Below, in pieces: positions 37,387 to 47,133 of a stretch of 64,000 nt of DNA. The first letter of the stretch is position 1. Every line of letters starts with the position of its first letter. The notes under the pieces were generated by a model, which worked only from the letters and a program-made list of their open reading frames with translations, did no database searches and was not told the DNA's origin. The DNA is from an uncultured Crocinitomix sp. GTDB taxonomy: Bacteria; Bacteroidota; Bacteroidia; Flavobacteriales_D; Crocinitomicaceae. The translations under genes were made by a program, and so were the position numbers. Where the stretch lies: NCBI GenBank assembly GCA_937136425.1, contig CAKZON010000083.1:120-64119 (forward strand), in the 5' to 3' direction.

Positions 37387-38439
37387 TTACTTCACTTCTT
37401 TTTTAAGCACTAAGAAAACTGGAAAATGGTCAGAATACCCGTTTAGATATTTACCACCAGCATGTGTCCGTTTAGGATACCCTTTATAATTACCATCTTT
37501 TTGCTTCAAATATTCCTTACTGTAAACATATGATTTATGAAAAATATAACTTGAAGCGTCTTGAGAAGTCAGCCCTTCACTAATAATTAATTGATCAAAT
37601 AAATTCCAAGCATCTCGATAAGCCAAGGTGCAATCACCCTGCTTAAATTTAGAGTACATAGTATTATACATGTCCCCCTTTTTCATTTTTGCAATTTTTG
37701 ATTTTGCTCTAATATAATTTTTAACGCTCTTATTAATAGGATCATCATTTAAATCTCCCATTAAGATAATTTTAGCATTTGCATCTGCAACAAGTAATGA
37801 ATCAATAATCTTACGTCCTAATATCGCAGCATCAATTCTTCTAGGTTGTGATTTTTCCATTCCACCACTACGAGAAGGCCAGTGCGCAACTATAATATGC
37901 ACTTTATCTCCATCCAATTCACCTGAGACTACTAATTGATCTCTTGTTTTATAGTCAGGGTCGCTTTCAAATTTAAGTTCGTGCGATACACTATTAGTTG
38001 GTTTAAAGTATTTTTCTTGATATAATAGGCCAACATCAATTCCACGGCGATCAGGAGAATCAAAGTGAATGATTTTATAATCACGGTCTTTTATTTCTTC
38101 TTCTGCCACAAGATCTTCCAACACTTTTTTGTTTTCAACCTCACAAACACCTAATACAGCACAGCCGTCTGGTGACACAGAAGTACCTAGGTCAGCAATT
38201 ACATGTGCCATGTTTGTTAACTTGTTTTGGTATTTCTCTTCTCCCCATGTATATCTGCCATCTAAGGTAAAGTCTTCATCTCTAATCGCTGGATCATCCT
38301 CTGTATCAAAAAGGTTTTCAAGGTTATAAAAGCCTATGCATGCTACTTTGTAGGCTTTATTTGTCTGGCTATGTCCAACTATTGAAACACCAAGCATTAC
38401 AATTACTAGCATTCCAATATTGATTCCTATTTTTCTCAT
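37387..38439 (-). CDS. secreted endonuclease/exonuclease/phosphatase (EEP) family protein
   Basis: Signal peptide. EEP blocks FYNLENLFD, GVCEVEN, AHWPSR, MGDLND, YSDHFPV. It resembles the catalytic domain of ExeM/NucH-type extracellular nucleases. Confidence 0.8.
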   Translation of the reverse strand: MRKIGINIGMLVIVMLGVSIVGHSQTNKAYKVACIGFYNLENLFDTEDDPAIRDEDFTLDGRYTWGEEKYQNKLTNMAHVIADLGTSVSPDGCAVLGVCEVENKKVLEDLVAEEEIKDRDYKIIHFDSPDRRGIDVGLLYQEKYFKPTNSVSHELKFESDPDYKTRDQLVVSGELDGDKVHIIVAHWPSRSGGMEKSQPRRIDAAILGRKIIDSLLVADANAKIILMGDLNDDPINKSVKNYIRAKSKIAKMKKGDMYNTMYSKFKQGDCTLAYRDAWNLFDQLIISEGLTSQDASSYIFHKSYVYSKEYLKQKDGNYKGYPKRTHAGGKYLNGYSDHFPVFLVLKKEVK

Positions 38440-38464
38440 TTATTCTATTCTTTTTTAGGATTGT

Positions 38465-38472
38465 CAAATTTA
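38465..38472 (-). promoter_or_regulatory. candidate -7 box TAAATTTG for the EEP/5'-nucleotidase operon
   Basis: The reverse complement of CAAATTTA matches TAnnTTTG. It lies 26 nt upstream of the start at 38439. Confidence 0.35.
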
Positions 38473-38580
38473 ACTATTATAATCAAATACCAGACCAAGG
38501 AAACGTGCATGTAATGTTAACAAACAATTAAGTTATTCACAATTAATCAAATTATGGTGTTTCGCCCGTGTTTTATTTCG

Positions 38581-38588
38581 TAAATTTG
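38581..38588 (+). promoter_or_regulatory. candidate -7 box TAAATTTG for the TonB-dependent receptor operon
   Basis: Exact TAnnTTTG match 52 nt upstream of the start at 38640. It is the same octamer as the divergent box. Confidence 0.35.
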
Positions 38589-38639
38589 TCCAGCTTTTTA
38601 TATTCATGCATAACAAAAGCTTAATTTAGCATCACAAAA

Positions 38640-41162
38640 ATGATAAAGAAAATTGGAATTCTAATTTCACTATCTCTCTTTGCAATCAACGGAATTTCGC
38701 AAAGCACAGAGACAGAGCAAGAAGATACACTTCTTACAAACACCCCTGTTTTCATCACCAATTTAGAAGATGGTGAAAACAGTAGCGGTAGTTCAGGAAA
38801 CATCTCAGGATTATTGCAATCCTCTCGTGACGTTTTTGCAGCAACAGCAGGTTTTAACTTTAGTGCAGCCCGTTTTAAAATTCGTGGTTACCAGTCTGAC
38901 AAAACAATGATTTTGTTAAATGGTATTCCAATGAATGATTTAGAAACGGGAAGAGGCACCTGGTATAGATGGGGAGGATTAAATGATGTAACTCGTTATT
39001 CTGAGACAAAAAACTGGCTTTCAGACAATCCTTATCATTTTGGAGGAATTGGCGGTTACTCTAACATTAACTCTAAAGCAACAGGCATTAGAAAAGGATC
39101 TAGAGTTTCTTACGCATCTACCAACAGAGCTTATTCTCACCGTTTAATGTATACGCACGGAACGGGAATGCAAAAAAATGGTTGGGCATTTGCAGCATCA
39201 TTATCTGCCAGATATGCAAACGAAGGATATGTAGACGGAACTTTTTACGAAGCTTTTAGTTATTTTTTAGCCGCCGAGAAGAATATTAATAAAAGTCACA
39301 ACCTTAACCTTACTATTTTAGGTTCTCCTTCTCGCAGAGGAAAAGGAAGTATTTCAACGCTTGAAACCTATGAATTATCTGGAAACAACTTCTATAATTC
39401 TTATTGGGGATACCAAACCCAACCTGATGGAACGCGAATTAAAAGGAATTCAAGAGTTGCAGATTCGCACATGCCAATCATTGCTTTTTCTCATGAATGG
39501 AAAATAAACGACATCTCATCATTAAAAACATCTCTTCATTCTAGTTTTGGAAAATATGGGCAAACAGCTTTAAACTGGTATGACGCTAAAGATCCGCGAC
39601 CAGATTATTACAAATACCTTCCTTCATATTACGAAGGCATCAATGATCCTACAAATGCGCAGCGCATGTTAAACAACTGGCAAAACGAATCCGCTCGCCA
39701 AGTGCAATGGGACGATTTATATTTTGCCAACAGCAAAAACTTATACACACACAAAGACGCAAACGGAAACATTTTGCGTGAAGGTTTACGCTCAAAATAC
39801 ATTGTAGAAAACAGATGGAATAATATTGTATCTGGTGGTTTATCATCTTTATATACTGTAGAGAAAGAAAACATGACCATGAATGCAGGACTATTTATTC
39901 AAGCACAGCGTAATCACTATTATAACACTGTTGAGGATTTATTAGGTGGTGATTATTGGGTTGATGTAAACCAATTTGCAGAGCAAGATTTTATTGACCC
40001 TAATGCAGCACAAAGTGATTTGCAAAACCCTAATAGAACTGTTGGCGTTGGAGACACTTATGGTAATAACTATTACATCATGAATGTTAATGCCACAGCA
40101 TTTTGGCAAATCAACTACCGCACAAAAAGAGTTGATTATTATGGTGCATTAGAATTAACAGATGAGCAATTTTATAGAGAAGGGTTATTCCAGACAGGTT
40201 TATTCCCTGACAACTCGCTAGGAAAATCTGAAACAAAAAACTTTGTAAACTACGCTATTAAAGGTGGTGCAACTTATAAAATTTCAGGAAGACAATATAT
40301 TACTGCTAATGCAGCATACCTTACAGAAGCTCCAACTTCAAGATCGGCATTTATTTCACCAAGAACGAGAAACGTAACTGTTGATGACCTTAAAAACGAA
40401 ACAATTTACACAGGAGACATTAACTATATTTTACGCTACCCTAATTTAAAGATGCGTTTAACTTACTACTACTCTGAACGTAAAGACGCAGTTTGGTCAA
40501 GAAGTTTTTATCATGATGAATACAATTCATTTGTAAACTATGTAATGCAAGACGTTGATTACTTCCACCAAGGAATAGAATTAGGAGTAGATGGTAAAAT
40601 TCATGGAGGGCTTTCTGGAAACTTAGTAGTTGCCATGGGACAACACCTTTACAACTCTCGTCCAACAGCATCAATTTATGTAGACAACTCTGCAGAATTA
40701 ATTGCAGAAGACAAAACAGTTTATTTACAGAACTATAAAATTGGAGGAATGCCGCAATCTGCAGCATCAGTAGGATTAAAATATAGTGGTAAAAAATATT
40801 GGTTTGCAGGTGTTAACTTCAACTACTTTGCAGATATTTATTTAGATCCAAACCCAGACAGAAGAACGGCTGAAGCTGTTGCAAACTTTGTAGAATCAGA
40901 TCCACAGTTTACACAAACTATTGAGCAAACTAAGTTAGATAATGGATATTCAATGAGTTTATTTGCTGGTAAATCATTTAAAATATCCAACTACTTCCTA
41001 AATATCAACGTGAATATTAATAACCTCACAAACAATACACAATTTGTGACGGGTGGATTTGAGCAATTGCGTTTTGATTCGCAAAAAATTGACAAGTTTC
41101 CACCACGTTTAGGATACATGTACGGATTGAATTACTTTTTAATGGCCACTTTACGTTTTTAA
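38640..41162 (+). CDS. TonB-dependent outer-membrane receptor (not obviously SusC-type; no SusD partner)
   Basis: Signal peptide, plug-domain block RGYQSDKTMILLNGIPMNDLETG, long beta-barrel region, terminal ...ATLRF. Confidence 0.85.
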   Translation: MIKKIGILISLSLFAINGISQSTETEQEDTLLTNTPVFITNLEDGENSSGSSGNISGLLQSSRDVFAATAGFNFSAARFKIRGYQSDKTMILLNGIPMNDLETGRGTWYRWGGLNDVTRYSETKNWLSDNPYHFGGIGGYSNINSKATGIRKGSRVSYASTNRAYSHRLMYTHGTGMQKNGWAFAASLSARYANEGYVDGTFYEAFSYFLAAEKNINKSHNLNLTILGSPSRRGKGSISTLETYELSGNNFYNSYWGYQTQPDGTRIKRNSRVADSHMPIIAFSHEWKINDISSLKTSLHSSFGKYGQTALNWYDAKDPRPDYYKYLPSYYEGINDPTNAQRMLNNWQNESARQVQWDDLYFANSKNLYTHKDANGNILREGLRSKYIVENRWNNIVSGGLSSLYTVEKENMTMNAGLFIQAQRNHYYNTVEDLLGGDYWVDVNQFAEQDFIDPNAAQSDLQNPNRTVGVGDTYGNNYYIMNVNATAFWQINYRTKRVDYYGALELTDEQFYREGLFQTGLFPDNSLGKSETKNFVNYAIKGGATYKISGRQYITANAAYLTEAPTSRSAFISPRTRNVTVDDLKNETIYTGDINYILRYPNLKMRLTYYYSERKDAVWSRSFYHDEYNSFVNYVMQDVDYFHQGIELGVDGKIHGGLSGNLVVAMGQHLYNSRPTASIYVDNSAELIAEDKTVYLQNYKIGGMPQSAASVGLKYSGKKYWFAGVNFNYFADIYLDPNPDRRTAEAVANFVESDPQFTQTIEQTKLDNGYSMSLFAGKSFKISNYFLNINVNINNLTNNTQFVTGGFEQLRFDSQKIDKFPPRLGYMYGLNYFLMATLRF

Positions 41163-41173
41163 AAGCATTTAAA

Positions 41174-42445
41174 ATGAGAAAAAGAATTAACGCAATATTA
41201 TTAGGAGTTTTCGCTATTAGTGCAGTTACGGCTTGTAAAAAAGAACCGGACTCTCCACCAATCAATTCAATTACTGATAGCGAAATCATTACGATTGATA
41301 GCTTAAAAGCTTGGCAACGCTCTGTCAATGATGCTATTTTAATTACTGACACAATTTCTGTTTATGGAATTGTAACTATGGATGAAGGAAATGGGAATAT
41401 TTATAAAAATATTTATTTCCAAGATCATACTGGAGCAATCAATGTGCGCTTTACAAGTGGTACAGATTTAGTGCAGGGAGATTCTATTCGAATTGCATTA
41501 AACGGAGTAACCTTAAACAACTTTAATGGTGTTTATCAATTGGACAATGTTGAGGAAGAAACAAATGTCGTTGTACAATCATCAGGGAATGATTTGGAGC
41601 CACTAACATTGACTATTGATCAAGTTCAAACAGCGTATACTGCCTTTTTAACAGATGACGAGATTGTTGAATTTAAGTATCAATCCATGCTAATGCGTTT
41701 TGCGGATGTTCAATTTAAAACATCTGAATTATTAAACACTTATGCTGATCCAGTGAACCAAAGTTCAGAGAACAGGTTGTTTGAAGACTTTGACGGTTAT
41801 ACTAGCTTTATTAGAACAAGCGGCTTTGCAGCATTTGCTGGAGACAGCTTACCAAAGGGTGCTGGATCAATGGTTTGTATTATAAGCGAGTATAATGAAG
41901 AAATTCAATATATACTTAGATCACCTGAAGAAGCTGATATGCATGGGCCACGTGGACCAGGAGAGTTATTAGTAAAAGATTTCAATGACGAAGACATTAA
42001 CTCTGGTGGTTGGCTAGTACAACAAGTAATTGGAACTGATGCTTGGGAAATTGGTGACTTAGGAAGTTGGGAAGACCGTCCTTATGCTGTAATTTCAAAT
42101 TATGATGACGGAAATTCAGCTTGTGAAAGTTGGCTTATCTCCCCTAGTCTAGATTTAAGCGGATCAACAGACGCTTCACTTTCTTTTGACAATGCATATA
42201 ACTACAGTGGTGATCCCCTAGAATTATTAATCTCTATAGATTATGCAGGAACGGGAGATCCAAATGCAGCAACATGGGTGCCATTAACTGCAACTTGGTC
42301 TACAGGAGGATTTGCTTTTGTAAATTCAGGAAGCATTGATTTAGCAGCTTATTTAACAAGTAATGTTCGCATTGCATTTAAATATGTTGGAACTGAAAGT
42401 AGCGGTAGAACTTGGGAAATTGACAATATTATTATTAACGGTTAA
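41174..42445 (+). CDS. surface lipoprotein with OB-fold-like module and C-terminal jelly-roll (DUF5689 / choice-of-anchor-J-like)
   Basis: Lipobox VTACKKE. Module VYGIVTMDEGNGNIYKNIYFQDHTGAINVRF...GDSIRIALNGVTLNNFNGVYQL. C-terminal WLISPSLDL...RIAFKYVG...RTWEIDNIII. Confidence 0.7.
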   Translation: MRKRINAILLGVFAISAVTACKKEPDSPPINSITDSEIITIDSLKAWQRSVNDAILITDTISVYGIVTMDEGNGNIYKNIYFQDHTGAINVRFTSGTDLVQGDSIRIALNGVTLNNFNGVYQLDNVEEETNVVVQSSGNDLEPLTLTIDQVQTAYTAFLTDDEIVEFKYQSMLMRFADVQFKTSELLNTYADPVNQSSENRLFEDFDGYTSFIRTSGFAAFAGDSLPKGAGSMVCIISEYNEEIQYILRSPEEADMHGPRGPGELLVKDFNDEDINSGGWLVQQVIGTDAWEIGDLGSWEDRPYAVISNYDDGNSACESWLISPSLDLSGSTDASLSFDNAYNYSGDPLELLISIDYAGTGDPNAATWVPLTATWSTGGFAFVNSGSIDLAAYLTSNVRIAFKYVGTESSGRTWEIDNIIING

Positions 42446-42449
42446 GAAA

Positions 42450-43691
42450 ATGAAAAGATTTATTCAAAAAAGTACGTTCGTTTTTATGCTTGGAGCACTT
42501 GCGCTCTCTTCATGCAAAAAAGAATATGACACTCCACCGTTAGAAGATATTCCAGAAACGGCTGTAATGACAATTGACGAATTACGTACATGGCAGGCAA
42601 CAGAAGGAGGCGTTATCTCTATTCAAAACGAGCTTTCAGTATATGGAATTATTACCATGGATGAAAGTGATGGGAATGTTTATAAAAATGTTTACATGCA
42701 AGACCATACTGGTGCAGTAAATGTAAGAATGCTAAATGGCGGAGGTGTTTATCAAGGTGATTCTGTTCGAATATACCTGAAAGGAACTATCCTTAGTCAG
42801 TACAATGGTGTTTTACAAATTGATTCGGTGGATGTTGACAAGAATATTATTAAGCAATCAACGAATAACAACTTTGCACCAGAAACGATCTCAATTGATT
42901 TAATTACTTCTTTAAAAGAATCAGAATTGATTCAAATTAATGATGTACAATTTATCAAACCTGAGGTTGGGCAAACATTTGCGGATGGTGAAGAATTAGT
43001 ATCACTAGATCGTATTTTAGAAGATGTAGATGGAAATACGATCAAAGTAAGAACTAGCGGTTACGCAGCATTTGCTGATGAAATAATTCCAGCAGGATCA
43101 GGAAGTATTGTTTGTATAGTAAGTCACTTTAATGGAGAAGTTCAATTATTAATAAGATCATTTAGTGAAATAGCTATGAACAATGACCGCTTTAGTGGAT
43201 TAGTTGCTGCTAAAGATTTTGATGATGGAGAAATCAACTCTAATGGATGGACAACATACCAAGTAGCGGGACCAGAAGTAGAATGGGAAACGAGCAGTGC
43301 TGGTGGCGCACCAAATGATTATGGAGTAATCTCTAATTATATTGATGGCTCAAACATTGCTACCGAAAATTGGTTAATCTCCCCTTCTATTGACCTTTCT
43401 GAGGCAGCAAGTCCTTATTTAAATTTTGATAATGCATGCAGCTATGACGGAGCGCTAATAGAAATTCTTGTATCTACAGATTATGATGGTACAAGTAATC
43501 CAAACGAACAAGGTTCTTGGACAAACATTGGAGGATTAGCAACGCTTTCAACTGGATTTTTCACTTGGGTAAACTCGACTAATGTACCAATTGGAACATT
43601 AGGAGAAAACGTGCATATTGCATTCAAGTATACTGGTTCAGTTTCTGACGGAAGAACTTGGGAATTAGATAACATTTTAATACACGAATAA
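42450..43691 (+). CDS. paralogous surface lipoprotein (OB-fold-like module + C-terminal jelly-roll)
   Basis: Start at MKRFIQKSTFVFMLGALALSSCKKE. Colinear with 41174..42445 (VYGIITMDESDGNVYKNVYMQDHTGAVNVRM; WLISPSIDL; HIAFKYTG; RTWELDNILI). Confidence 0.7.
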   Translation: MKRFIQKSTFVFMLGALALSSCKKEYDTPPLEDIPETAVMTIDELRTWQATEGGVISIQNELSVYGIITMDESDGNVYKNVYMQDHTGAVNVRMLNGGGVYQGDSVRIYLKGTILSQYNGVLQIDSVDVDKNIIKQSTNNNFAPETISIDLITSLKESELIQINDVQFIKPEVGQTFADGEELVSLDRILEDVDGNTIKVRTSGYAAFADEIIPAGSGSIVCIVSHFNGEVQLLIRSFSEIAMNNDRFSGLVAAKDFDDGEINSNGWTTYQVAGPEVEWETSSAGGAPNDYGVISNYIDGSNIATENWLISPSIDLSEAASPYLNFDNACSYDGALIEILVSTDYDGTSNPNEQGSWTNIGGLATLSTGFFTWVNSTNVPIGTLGENVHIAFKYTGSVSDGRTWELDNILIHE

Positions 43692-43756
43692 AAATCTTTC
43701 CTGTTTTGAAATGGGAATTATAAATAAGCTAAAACAAAAAAAACAAACAATTGATT

Positions 43757-45106
43757 ATGACTAAATTATTTACTTTATTATTGTCTATAACGCTGGGAGC
43801 GGCGAGTTTTGGACAAGTAATTTTCGAGAGTGATTTAAGCTCTTGGACAGATACAGATCCTGATGGATGGATGGGTTCTAAAACCAATATTGGTTCAGAA
43901 AACGTAGTAGAGCAAACTATTGGAGCAATGCACGGAACTGCAATGGCACAATTATTCAACGCTACTGGAAGTCACAAACGTTTCACTACAGAAGAAATGC
44001 CAGTGACTGAATTAGAAACTTATGAAATTAAATTATGGTTAACAGGTATGGAAGGCTCTATGCTTCGTACAGGGTACTATAACACTACTGCTGATGGTTG
44101 GTATTATAACGACTATATTGATGTATTTGCTGAAACTGGTGGAGATTTAACTATGTTAAGCCAAACAGTAACTATTCCAAGTGGATGTACTGATGCTGAA
44201 TTCATTTTATCATTACATAGTACTGATGAATTGGTAGGAATCGTAATTGATTCAGTAGCTATTACAATTGGTGAGCCAGAAGAGTCTGAAGAGGTTTCTA
44301 TTTATGACATTCAATATTCAGAAGATGCTGATTTCATTTCTCCATATGCTGACGAATTAGTAACTACAAGTGGAATTGTTACAGGTGTTTTCCTTTTTGG
44401 AGCAGCTGAAGGAACTTTCTTTATTCAAGATGGTGAAGGTGCATGGAATGGAATTTATGTATACGAACCAGGAACAGAAGTTGCACTTGGTGATAGTGTA
44501 GTAGTAACTGGTGAAGTTACTGAATACTTTACTTTAACTGAAATCGTTTCTGTAGTTACAGTAAACGTTATAAGTTCAGGACACCCAATGCCAAATGCTG
44601 TAGCTGTTGCAACTAGTGATGTGGTAAATGAAGAATACGAAGGCGTATTAGTTCGATTAGAAGATGCAAAATGTACAAATCCTGATGCTGGTTTTGGACA
44701 ATTTGAAGTAGATGACAATTCAGGTGTACGTTTAGTTGATGACGAAATGTTTAGCTACACGCCTGCATTAAACAACTATTATAACATTACAGGTGTTTCA
44801 TTCCTATCTTTTGGTGAAACTAAAGTTTACCCAAGAATGCTTTCTGATATTGAAGTAACAGGATATGCTGGAATCGAAGAAAATGAAAACGGTTTCAACC
44901 TATACCCTAACCCAGCAACTGAAATGATTACATTAAATGTTAATGCAACTGCATTAGTAAACATTTATAGTGTTGATGGTGCTTTAGTTTACTCGGCTAA
45001 TGGAAACGTAAACACAATTGATGTATCTTCATTTGATACTGGTGTTTACCAAGTTGTAGTAACAGAAAATGCAACAACAATGACTGAGCGTTTAATCGTT
45101 AGATAG
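43757..45106 (+). CDS. T9SS-secreted protein with OB-fold-like module and type-A C-terminal sorting domain
   Basis: Signal peptide MTKLFTLLLSITLGAASFGQ. Module TSGIVTGVFLFGAAEGTFFIQDGEGAWNGIYVY...GDSVVVTGEVTEYFTLTEI. C-terminus LYPNPATEMITLNV...GVYQVVVTENATTMTERLIVR. Confidence 0.75.
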   Translation: MTKLFTLLLSITLGAASFGQVIFESDLSSWTDTDPDGWMGSKTNIGSENVVEQTIGAMHGTAMAQLFNATGSHKRFTTEEMPVTELETYEIKLWLTGMEGSMLRTGYYNTTADGWYYNDYIDVFAETGGDLTMLSQTVTIPSGCTDAEFILSLHSTDELVGIVIDSVAITIGEPEESEEVSIYDIQYSEDADFISPYADELVTTSGIVTGVFLFGAAEGTFFIQDGEGAWNGIYVYEPGTEVALGDSVVVTGEVTEYFTLTEIVSVVTVNVISSGHPMPNAVAVATSDVVNEEYEGVLVRLEDAKCTNPDAGFGQFEVDDNSGVRLVDDEMFSYTPALNNYYNITGVSFLSFGETKVYPRMLSDIEVTGYAGIEENENGFNLYPNPATEMITLNVNATALVNIYSVDGALVYSANGNVNTIDVSSFDTGVYQVVVTENATTMTERLIVR

Positions 45107-45199
45107 TCAATTAATAAATATTAAAAAAGGGGATTAACCAATGGTTAACCCCCTTTTTCTTGTCCTTAATTTTGATATAAATGAAGGCGATTGCTATTA

Positions 45200-46939
45200 C
45201 TAATTAGATTTAACAACTTTCAACACGGCCTCCTTGTCATCACTGTTTAGCTTAACAAAGTAAATTCCTGTAGGGCCATCAATATTCAATTGAATTACTG
45301 CAGCTGAATTATAATTTTGAGTTTGTACTACTCTTCCTGTTTGATCAATAACAGACACTTTTACGTTGGCCAATGGTTCGTTAAGATTTAAGACAATGTC
45401 TCCTTGAGTTGGATTTGGGTACAAAGCAATATTTGAAGCAAGGCTAGTAGCCTCTATACCTACATTTCCATCCTGAAGTTTAAGAACATATGCTGTTGGC
45501 TCATAATTATCGCCGTACACCATAAATTCTTCTGCGGATAGATCTAAATCAATTTCAGAATGAGCTGTCCCTGCCAAGTAAACGCTACCTTCAGGCCCTC
45601 TTTGCAAATCAATACAATAATCATTTCGATCCCCATTAAACGCCTGACCTTGAATAAATTCTCCTTCTTGACTTAAGGTTGCAATAAACATATCATAATT
45701 ATCGCCATCACCTGTCGTATGTTCCAAAATATATTCAGCACCGCTTGGGTCAACATCTATATCTGCTCCATAATTACCAGTTATATAAACTGTGTTTATT
45801 GCAGATATTTCAATCAAAGCATTACGATCACTTAATTCACCTCCTATTTTTTTTGCCCATATTAAATCACCTGTTGTTGCATATTTTGTAATAAACAAAT
45901 CAGATTGACCAACTGCAGAAAGATTAAACTCACCTACTCCAGGATCAAAATCAATGTCTTCTCCTGAAAAGCTTCCAGTTGTATAAATATCTCCTTCACT
46001 ATCCAATGAAATTGATGTTACTTTACCATAGGATGGTCCTGAAATTGTAATTACCCAATCATATGTTCCAGTTGCATCTAATTTTAGCAAAAAAGATTCT
46101 TGAACACCTTCAGAAGTTAAAATATACTCGTCATCTCCCACATTAAAATCGGCCGAATTTGTGTAAAACCCTCCAATAAATAGATTATTATTTTTATCTA
46201 TTTCAAGATCAAATACTTCATCAAAAAAGTCCGATTCAACTGATCTCACCCAGATAAACTCCCCAGATTCGGTTAATTTAAGGACAAAAACATCAGAGCC
46301 TTCAACCCCACCAGCCGTTAATTCATCTATTTCTATGTCATCATTAAAGTCTACTGTTAAGCAAAATGTTCCAGTTACTACAATATCACCAGCATAATCC
46401 GTTTGGATATCAATTCCTTTATCCGCACAATCTCCTCCTAAAGTTTGTACCCAATCAAGCTCCCCTTCTTCATTTAATTTTAAAATGAAAATATCATAAT
46501 AAATAGATCCAATTTCATCCGCATAATATTCTTCATCTCCCGGATCATAATCAATTCTCCCAGATGTATTTCCTGTTAATAGAATATTACCAGTTGCATC
46601 AATTGCAATGCTCTGAACCTCCATTCCATTACCAATAATTCCGTCACCATCACCACTTTCAACAAATTCTTTTGCCCAAATAAAGTTTCCGTTAACATCC
46701 AATTTTTGAATCACTGTAATCCCTTCTACCCAACCTGTAACTGGATAATTCGCTGGTCCAGGATCAAAATCCACAGTTTCAGTAATAACAATGGCAGTAT
46801 ATGTGTTTCCGTCAGAATCAACAGTCATAGCAGTTACCCAAGAGTTGTCCCCCTCAAAGTCTGCAGCCCAAGTAAAATCTTGACTAAACACCATATTATT
46901 TAGTCCGATAAATAGAAGAAGTAAAATTGAAATTTTCAT
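45200..46939 (-). CDS. secreted beta-propeller repeat (SBBP-like) protein with type-A T9SS C-terminal sorting domain
   Basis: Signal peptide. About 9 repeats of the pattern D..GN.Y.TG.F....DFDPG. C-terminus LYPNPTQGDIVLNL...GIYFVKLNSDDKEAVLKVVKSN. Confidence 0.8.
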   Translation of the reverse strand: MKISILLLLFIGLNNMVFSQDFTWAADFEGDNSWVTAMTVDSDGNTYTAIVITETVDFDPGPANYPVTGWVEGITVIQKLDVNGNFIWAKEFVESGDGDGIIGNGMEVQSIAIDATGNILLTGNTSGRIDYDPGDEEYYADEIGSIYYDIFILKLNEEGELDWVQTLGGDCADKGIDIQTDYAGDIVVTGTFCLTVDFNDDIEIDELTAGGVEGSDVFVLKLTESGEFIWVRSVESDFFDEVFDLEIDKNNNLFIGGFYTNSADFNVGDDEYILTSEGVQESFLLKLDATGTYDWVITISGPSYGKVTSISLDSEGDIYTTGSFSGEDIDFDPGVGEFNLSAVGQSDLFITKYATTGDLIWAKKIGGELSDRNALIEISAINTVYITGNYGADIDVDPSGAEYILEHTTGDGDNYDMFIATLSQEGEFIQGQAFNGDRNDYCIDLQRGPEGSVYLAGTAHSEIDLDLSAEEFMVYGDNYEPTAYVLKLQDGNVGIEATSLASNIALYPNPTQGDIVLNLNEPLANVKVSVIDQTGRVVQTQNYNSAAVIQLNIDGPTGIYFVKLNSDDKEAVLKVVKSN

Positions 46940-47133
46940 ATTAGTTGTTTTGATTTGAAGACAATGTCTAAAAATTTAACACGAAAACAACACTGTTATT
47001 TTTAACAGATATAGGATTTTATACAACTCTAGATTAACTGCAATTTATACAAACGGATAATCTCATTGATTCAACCGTATAGTTTTCAACTTAAAAAGAA
47101 AATGATTAAAAAAAAAGAGTCTTCCTGCGGTGT

